Positions 58,178-64,000 of a DNA stretch of 64,000 nucleotides are shown one piece after another. The notes beneath the pieces were generated by a model, which saw only the letters and a program-made list of their open reading frames with translations, had not been told where the DNA came from and did no database searches. A program made the translations under genes and the position numbers. Positions within the stretch are counted from its first letter, which is position 1; each line of letters begins with the position of its first letter. This DNA is from an uncultured Desulfarculus sp. (lineage in GTDB: Bacteria; Desulfobacterota; Desulfarculia; Desulfarculales; Desulfarculaceae), in contig CAXXUK010000002.1 of the NCBI GenBank assembly GCA_963665125.2, positions 1,184,001 through 1,248,000 on the forward strand. The letters are read 5' to 3'.

Positions 58178-60687
58178 GTCTTGCCCAAACGGCTCAGCCT
58201 CAATACGAGATCAAAAAACCCAAGGGCCTTTCGCCGCGCATCGCCTGGTTGCGCGACTATTACTTTGAAGGCTCCAAACGGTCCTGGAACAACGACTACA
58301 CCGCCTGGACCACCGGCGAACCCTGGGACGTCTTGTACGAGGAAATGAACTACTACATCGTCCCGGAGACCTATGCCTTTTTCCAAACATTCCGCTCGTC
58401 GTTTTTACAGGCCGCCCGCCGGGTGGATCTGCCCGGAGATTTCTGGCAGATGAGCCTGCCCGAGCGCCGGGCCTGGTTCATGAAAGAGGTCATGGTCAAA
58501 TACGTACCGGTGGAGGTGCTGCCCGGCGATCTGGTGGCCGGCGGACGCTTCAATGTGATGGCCTCGCGCTGTTGGAACAAGAAAGAGGCCAAAGAGCGCG
58601 ACAAGCTGGTGCAGGGCAAGGACGGGGCCAGGGCCAAGGTCAAGTGGTTTCACGATCACGGCTACGGCAATGCCGGGGCCACGGCCGGGCACGTCATTCC
58701 GGGCTATGAAAAGGCGCTGACCTTGGGCTGGAAGGGCATTTACGCCGAGTTGGCCAAAAGCTACGACGCCATGAGCAAAGCCGAAAAGCAAGGCCCCAAG
58801 GGGGGCCAGGTTCGGGCCATGATGACCGCGGCGACGTTGCCCCGTGATCTGGCCACCCGGTATGCCGCCCATTGCCGCGATCTTGCCGAGCGGGAAAAGC
58901 AGCCCCCGCGGAGCAGGGAACTGGTGCAGATGGCCGACAACCTCAGCCGGGTGCCCTGGGAGCCGCCCGAGACTTTCTGGGAGGCCGTCCAAGCCCTGTG
59001 GCTGAGCCATATGCTGGTGCTCAGCGATGAAAACTACCCCGGCGCGGGCGTGTCCTTTGGCCGTATAGACCAATACCTGCTGCCCTATTGGCGGGCATCT
59101 ATCGATCAGGGCATGGACCGTGAATTTGGCAAGGAGATCCTAAAGTGCTTCTGGGTCCACGCCAACCACGCCTACGACGCCATGGTCAATGTGGGCGTCG
59201 ACGGCGTCACCGCCGGATACGGCCAGCTCATCACCCTGTCCGGCCTGGGGCCCGGCGGCCGGGACATGACCAACGAACTGACCCATGTCTTCCTGGAGGT
59301 CATCGACGAGATGACCCCCATCCTGGAGCCCAAGCCCAACGTGCGCTTACACCGGGAAACCCCCGACGAACTGATGGACAAGGTGGTGGACATGGTCGCC
59401 GCCAGCCAGGGCGCGCCGTTTCTGCTCAACTTTGACGAGCGCTCCATGGCCGGCATGCTCCGGGAGGCCGAGATGGCCGGGTGCCAGGACCTGATCAAGC
59501 CCGGCAATGTCCACGACTACGCGCCCGTGGGTTGCATGGAAAACACCATGGTCGGCAATGACCGCTCGGGCACGGTGGACAACAACCTCAACCTGCTCAA
59601 GGCCGTGGAATTGGTCCTGACCGGCGGCAGGGATCTGCTGCCGTACAAGGATCTGGTCATGGGCGGCGAGTATCCCATCAAGCAGGACGGCCCGGACACC
59701 GGGGATGCCACGGCGTTCGGCTCCTGGGAGCGCTTCTGGAGCGCCTATGAGATCCAGACCAAGTTCATCATTAAAAAATGCGTGGAGCTGTACGAGGCAT
59801 CGGAATCGGTGCGGGCCCAATTCAGCCCCACGCCGTATTTGTCGTGCCTCATGGAAGGCTGCGGCCGGAAGGGCCTGGACATAACCCAGGGCGGTACGGA
59901 GCTGAACTTCACCACCCTGGAGGCGGTGACCTTCGCCACCACGGTGGACTCGCTGTTGGCCATCAAATATATGGTATTCGACGAAAAGGCCTGCACCATG
60001 GCCGAACTGATCCAGGCTCTCAAGGACAACTGGGACGGCCATGATGTCCTCCAGGCCAAGGCCAAGTACAAAGCCCCGAAATACGGCCGGGATGACGACG
60101 CGGCCGACGCCATGGCCCTGCGGGTGATGGACTTGTGGACCAACGAGACCTGGAAGCACAAGACCAAATCCACGGGCCGTCAGTTCCGGCCGGGCATGCT
60201 TTCGTGGAACTACTGGGTGGGCGACGGCTATATCCTGCCCGCAAGTCCGGACGGACGGGCCAAGGGCCAGTTCCTGTCCAACGCCATCTGCCCAAGCAAC
60301 GGGGCCGACATCAACGGCCCAACCTCCAACGCCAACTCGGTGGGCAAGGCCCTGGGCGGCAAGAGCCCCGGCGGCGGCGACTGGCAGGATTACCTCAACA
60401 ACCTGCCCAACGGGGCCAGCCACACCATCACCTTCAACCCGTCCATGCTCAGGGACCCGGAGCACAAGGCCAAGTTCAAGGCCTTTTTGCGGGGATACGC
60501 CGAAAACGGCGGCACGGCCTTGCAGATAAACATGCTGGACCCGGAGATGCTCCGGGACGCCCAGAAAAACCCCAGTGATTACCGCCATTTGTTGGTGCGC
60601 ATCACCGGGTACAACGCCTACTTCACCACCATTGGCCGGGAGCTTCAGGACGAGGTCATCGCCAGGGTCAGCCACGAGGGCTTTTAG
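58174..60687 (+). CDS. Glycyl radical enzyme (PFL-like superfamily), substrate unknown
   Basis: Gly loop 'LLVRITGYNAYF' (G812), Cys loop 'VGCMEN' (C454/E456), 'SFGRIDQYL', 'PKYG', 'ASPDGR' and 'QINM'. Confidence 0.93.
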   Translation: MSLAQTAQPQYEIKKPKGLSPRIAWLRDYYFEGSKRSWNNDYTAWTTGEPWDVLYEEMNYYIVPETYAFFQTFRSSFLQAARRVDLPGDFWQMSLPERRAWFMKEVMVKYVPVEVLPGDLVAGGRFNVMASRCWNKKEAKERDKLVQGKDGARAKVKWFHDHGYGNAGATAGHVIPGYEKALTLGWKGIYAELAKSYDAMSKAEKQGPKGGQVRAMMTAATLPRDLATRYAAHCRDLAEREKQPPRSRELVQMADNLSRVPWEPPETFWEAVQALWLSHMLVLSDENYPGAGVSFGRIDQYLLPYWRASIDQGMDREFGKEILKCFWVHANHAYDAMVNVGVDGVTAGYGQLITLSGLGPGGRDMTNELTHVFLEVIDEMTPILEPKPNVRLHRETPDELMDKVVDMVAASQGAPFLLNFDERSMAGMLREAEMAGCQDLIKPGNVHDYAPVGCMENTMVGNDRSGTVDNNLNLLKAVELVLTGGRDLLPYKDLVMGGEYPIKQDGPDTGDATAFGSWERFWSAYEIQTKFIIKKCVELYEASESVRAQFSPTPYLSCLMEGCGRKGLDITQGGTELNFTTLEAVTFATTVDSLLAIKYMVFDEKACTMAELIQALKDNWDGHDVLQAKAKYKAPKYGRDDDAADAMALRVMDLWTNETWKHKTKSTGRQFRPGMLSWNYWVGDGYILPASPDGRAKGQFLSNAICPSNGADINGPTSNANSVGKALGGKSPGGGDWQDYLNNLPNGASHTITFNPSMLRDPEHKAKFKAFLRGYAENGGTALQINMLDPEMLRDAQKNPSDYRHLLVRITGYNAYFTTIGRELQDEVIARVSHEGF

Positions 60688-60690
60688 TTT

Positions 60691-61740
60691 ATGAGCGAGT
60701 CAACCGCACATAACCACGGCGGGCTGAAAGGCACGGTTCTGGAGATCATGCGCATGTCCACCGAGGACGGCCCGGGCATCCGCACCACGGTGTTCCTAAA
60801 AGGGTGCAGCCTCAAATGCCACTGGTGCCACAACCCGGAGAGCATATCGGCCAGGCCCCAGGTGCAGTGGATCGGCTCCCGCTGCATCGGCTGCCGCACC
60901 TGCCTTGAGGTATGCCCCGAAGGCGCGCTTAGCATGGATGAATACGGCCTGCACATCAACCGGGCTGAGTGCAAGGGCTGCGGAACCTGTGCCAAGGAAT
61001 GCCCCTCCACGGCCCTGGAGCTGATGGGCCTGGACTGGGACGTAGCCGGGCTGGCCGCCGAACTGGCCAAGGACCGGGCCTATTTCGAGCAATCCGGCGG
61101 CGGCGTCACCATCTCCGGCGGCGAGCCCAGCATGCAGAGCGCCTTTACCGGGGCCCTGCTGGAGGCCTGCAAGAACATGGGCCTGCACATGGCCCTGGAC
61201 ACCTGCGGCCAGGCCATGACCGGCGATCTGCTGGCGCTGGCCGCCAAGGCCGACATGGTCATGTTCGACATCAAGGAGATCGATCCGGCCAAGCACAAGG
61301 AGTTCACCGGCAGCGGCAACGCTACGATTCTGCAAAACCTGCAAGCCCTGGCCCAGCAGATGCGCGCGATCGGCAAACCGGCCAGGCTGTGGATTCGCAC
61401 GCCGGTAATCCCCCGGGCCACGGCCTCCAAGCAAAACATCAGGGGCATCGGCAAATTCATCGCCGAAAACCTGCAAGGCCTGGTGGACCGCTGGGAACTT
61501 TGCGCCTTCAACAACCTCTGCGCCGATAAATACACCCGCCTGGGCCTGGTCTGGGATTGCAAGGGTTTTGAACTGCTCAGCGCGGAAGAGATGGAGGCCC
61601 TGGCCGACGCCGCCCGCAACTCCGGGGTTGATCCGGCCATCGTCCATTGGAGCGGCGCGACCAGAAGACCGCAAGACACTGTTGCCAAAGACAAGCCAAA
61701 GGACCACCTGCGCCTGGTTAGCCCGGCCTGTCCGGCTTAG
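60691..61740 (+). CDS. Glycyl-radical activating enzyme (radical SAM) with 2x[4Fe-4S] insert
   Basis: 'DGPGIRTTVFLKGCSLKCHWCHNPE', 'CIGCRTCLEVC', 'CKGCGTCAKEC' and 'GGVTISGGEP'. Confidence 0.95.
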   Translation: MSESTAHNHGGLKGTVLEIMRMSTEDGPGIRTTVFLKGCSLKCHWCHNPESISARPQVQWIGSRCIGCRTCLEVCPEGALSMDEYGLHINRAECKGCGTCAKECPSTALELMGLDWDVAGLAAELAKDRAYFEQSGGGVTISGGEPSMQSAFTGALLEACKNMGLHMALDTCGQAMTGDLLALAAKADMVMFDIKEIDPAKHKEFTGSGNATILQNLQALAQQMRAIGKPARLWIRTPVIPRATASKQNIRGIGKFIAENLQGLVDRWELCAFNNLCADKYTRLGLVWDCKGFELLSAEEMEALADAARNSGVDPAIVHWSGATRRPQDTVAKDKPKDHLRLVSPACPA

Positions 61741-61760
61741 CTGATAAGAGGGGAAGAATC

Positions 61761-62615
61761 ATGGCTCCCAAAAAAAGACTCAGCGCCCTGGCCCCGGAAG
61801 ACCCGAAGGAGTTCGAGCCCGAGGCCAAGATCGGCCTGCTGGCCACCATCGACCCCAACGGCCTGCCCCATATCAGCCTGATCACCTCCATGCGGGCCAA
61901 GACGCCCCAGCGACTGATGTGGGGCCAGTTCACCGAAGGTTGCAGCAAGCGCAACGTGCGCTCCAACCCGCGCGCCGGCTGGCTGGTCTTGACCATGGAC
62001 AAAAAGATGTGGCGGGGCAAGGCCCTGTGGACGGGCGACACCCACCAGGGCGAGGACTACGAGCTGTACAACAACACGCCAATGTTCCGCTACAACGCCT
62101 ATTTCGGCATCCACACGGTGCACTACATGGATTTGGTGGAGACCTTCGGCCGGGAATCCCTGCCCATGGGCGGCATAGTCTCGGCGTCGATCCTGACCAA
62201 GGCCCTGAAAGGACTGGGTGGCGGCGATAAGTCCAGGCAAGTGCTCAAGCCCTGGGCACAGGGCCTGTTCAACAAGCTCGACGCCTTGAAATTCCTCGGC
62301 TTCGTGGACTCCGACGGATACCCGGCCATCGTGCCGCTGATCCAGTGTCAGGCCGCCTCCAGCAGCCGCCTGGCTTTTTCACCCATGGCCTATGGCGATG
62401 AAATCAAGGGCCTGCAACCCGGTGCACACTTAGCCGTATTCGGCCTGACCATGCAGATGGAAGACGTGCTGGTGCGCGGCGTGTTCGGCGGCTACAAGGG
62501 CCTGGGCCCGGCCCGGCTGGGCGTATTGGATATCGACTGGGTCTACAATTCCATGCCGCCCCAGCAGGGGCCCATTTACCCGCCCCAGCCCCTGGAGGCC
62601 GTGACCGAGTTCTGA
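61761..62615 (+). CDS. Tandem pyridoxamine-5'-phosphate-oxidase-like (split-barrel) domain protein
   Basis: Two repeats of the family N-terminal motif ('LLATIDPNGLPHIS' and 'FLGFVDSDGYPAIV') plus 'SKRNVRSNP'. Confidence 0.75.
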   Translation: MAPKKRLSALAPEDPKEFEPEAKIGLLATIDPNGLPHISLITSMRAKTPQRLMWGQFTEGCSKRNVRSNPRAGWLVLTMDKKMWRGKALWTGDTHQGEDYELYNNTPMFRYNAYFGIHTVHYMDLVETFGRESLPMGGIVSASILTKALKGLGGGDKSRQVLKPWAQGLFNKLDALKFLGFVDSDGYPAIVPLIQCQAASSSRLAFSPMAYGDEIKGLQPGAHLAVFGLTMQMEDVLVRGVFGGYKGLGPARLGVLDIDWVYNSMPPQQGPIYPPQPLEAVTEF

Positions 62616-62624
62616 TTTTGCCTG

Positions 62625-62657
62625 GCAGCGGCGGCCCACGGCTGGGGCCGCCGCTGC
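62625..62657 (+). terminator. Strong hairpin with weak U tail
   Basis: GCAGCGGCGGCCC-N7-GGGCCGCCGCTGC followed only by TTAAA. Confidence 0.55.
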
Positions 62658-62732
62658 TTAAAGTAATTGCTGCAACCATTATCATCATCTCCGCCGGGTC
62701 ATACGAGGTTGCCTTGAAACAAGAGGGGGCGT

Positions 62733-63287
62733 ATGCCAAAGCAGAGCTTTTTGCGCAGGATCATCCTGCCCGTCGCCGTGGTCGTGGGCATCATGGTCGT
62801 CTCCATGAACGGCTATGACTTTTCCCGGTCCGTAACCGAAAACCCGACCCTGCATATGGCCCTGGCCAACACCACGGCCATGCTGATGTTCCTGAGCATC
62901 TGGCTGGGGGCCATGATCGCCAACACCATCGCCTTTTTCCAGGGCGCCACGTTTGGCGAGCGCCTGATGGTCTGCCTGGTCACGCCGGTTGTCTGGTCGG
63001 CAAAGGTGCTGTGGTATTTCGTGGGCATCTATTCCTGGCCCGAGTTTTTCTTCCTGCTGCTGCACAACATCATCCTGGGACCCTCAGTGGTGGCGCTGTT
63101 GTGCATGGGCATTTCCGAGCTTTGGTGCCGGGCCATAGCCAAGCGCCGCACGGGCGGCAGGGTCCTGGCCCCGTCCAGCCTGGCGGTGCTCTTTATCGGC
63201 GCGGCGGGCCTGTTCGTCATGCTCTACAACGGCGGCCATGCCTACTACTTCGTTTATATGGACCTCTACACCAAGCTCTTCATGTGA
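62733..63287 (+). CDS. Hypothetical integral membrane protein (about 5 TM)
   Basis: Hydrophobic 184-aa ORF with a GAGGGGG RBS and typical codon bias. Confidence 0.75.
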   Translation: MPKQSFLRRIILPVAVVVGIMVVSMNGYDFSRSVTENPTLHMALANTTAMLMFLSIWLGAMIANTIAFFQGATFGERLMVCLVTPVVWSAKVLWYFVGIYSWPEFFFLLLHNIILGPSVVALLCMGISELWCRAIAKRRTGGRVLAPSSLAVLFIGAAGLFVMLYNGGHAYYFVYMDLYTKLFM

Positions 63288-63307
63288 TGCGCGGCGGAGA
63301 AATGGAT

Positions 63308-64000
63308 ATGAATAGCAAACACCGGCAAGATAAAAATTGCGTCAGCCGCCGCAGGGCCCTGCAAATGATCGGCGCGGCATCTCTGGCCGGGATGTGCAGC
63401 CTGGGCGGGCTGGGCCGGGCCTTTGCCGCCCAGAAAAAGCCCAACATTATCTTCATCCTCACCGACGACCACCGCTACGACGCCATGAGCTGCATGGGCC
63501 ATCCGTTCATCAAGACGCCCAACCTGGACCGCATAGCAAACGAGGGCGTGCTGTTTTCAAACTCCTTTGTCACGACTTCGCTGTGCAGCCCCAGCCGGGC
63601 CAGCTTTCTGACCGGCAACTACGCCCACACCCACGGCATAACCACCAACCATACGCCCTGGGACAACAGCAACGTCACCTTCCTGGAGATCCTAAAAAAG
63701 GCGGGCTACGACACGGCGTTCATCGGCAAATGGCACATGCCTGGAGACAACCTGCCCAAGCTAAGGGGTCTGGACCGCTTCGTCACCATCACCAAGGAGG
63801 GCGGCCAGGGCGTGTATTTCGACTGCCCCCTGGTCATCGACGGGGTGGATACCCCCCGGCCGGGCAAGTACATCACCGAGGATTTGACCGACTTTGCCAT
63901 CGATTTCGTGGGCCAGAAACGCGACAATCCGTTCTGCCTGTATCTGTCCCACAAGGCCGTACACTTCGGCTTTCGTCCGCCCAAGCACCTGGACAACCTC
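63308..64000 (+). CDS. Tat-exported Cys-type (formylglycine) sulfatase, truncated by window end
   Basis: Not in the ORF track (no stop in window). Manual translation: MNSKHRQDKNCVSRRRALQ (twin-Arg)...'KPNIIFILTDDHRYD'...'TPNLDRIA'...'LCSPSRASFLTG'...'IGKWH'...'SHKAVH'. Confidence 0.9.
   Translation, partial: MNSKHRQDKNCVSRRRALQMIGAASLAGMCSLGGLGRAFAAQKKPNIIFILTDDHRYDAMSCMGHPFIKTPNLDRIANEGVLFSNSFVTTSLCSPSRASFLTGNYAHTHGITTNHTPWDNSNVTFLEILKKAGYDTAFIGKWHMPGDNLPKLRGLDRFVTITKEGGQGVYFDCPLVIDGVDTPRPGKYITEDLTDFAIDFVGQKRDNPFCLYLSHKAVHFGFRPPKHLDNL

Noticed and set aside
58174..60687. Annotation as pyruvate formate-lyase, choline TMA-lyase or benzylsuccinate synthase
   Set aside because: No Cys-Cys pair (PFL), the loop is GCMEN rather than GCVEP and no BMC genes are present (CutC), and there are no small subunits (Bss).

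Overview
GC-rich chromosomal window from an anaerobic bacterium. Gene content suggests Desulfobacterota/'Deltaproteobacteria'; this is inferred, not proven. In order: (1) 1-6 kb, a DUF6178-like protein, a ubiE/menG methyltransferase and several small accessory genes (degenerate ParB-N protein, DUF2080, GNAT, a Cys-rich small protein, a putatively sigma54-driven orphan, a phosphodiester-glycosidase-like exported protein); (2) 6.2-23 kb, an intact dcw cluster on the minus strand (mraZ-rsmH-ftsL-ftsI-murE-murF-mraY-murD-ftsW-murG-murC-murB-ftsQ-ftsA-ftsZ) with four phased MraZ boxes; (3) an HU gene; (4) a receptor-less chemosensory operon (cheA with MshEN-like repeats, cheW, cheR, cheD, HDOD, cheY, cheX, cheB); (5) two divergent nucleotide-sugar enzymes; (6) a catabolic island (amidohydrolase, GltS-family symporter, dimethylglycine-dehydrogenase-like flavoenzyme lacking the flavinylation His, PAS-LuxR regulator, acyl-CoA dehydrogenase, ETF); (7) a probable Ni/Co uptake operon (two TonB-dependent receptors, DUF4198, NikL/CbiL-like) behind a promoter-leader-terminator I cannot assign to a known riboswitch; (8) an orphan SfrB-like oxidoreductase and a hybrid kinase; (9) a FadR-controlled operon encoding a glycyl radical enzyme I cannot place in a characterised class, its activase and a tandem split-barrel protein, followed by a membrane protein and a Tat-exported sulfatase cut by the window edge. 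The best candidate for an undescribed system is the glycyl radical enzyme locus (57.4-64 kb); the metal-uptake leader RNA is second. I saw no rRNA, tRNA, CRISPR array or transposase. All family assignments come from motif recognition by eye, not database searches.
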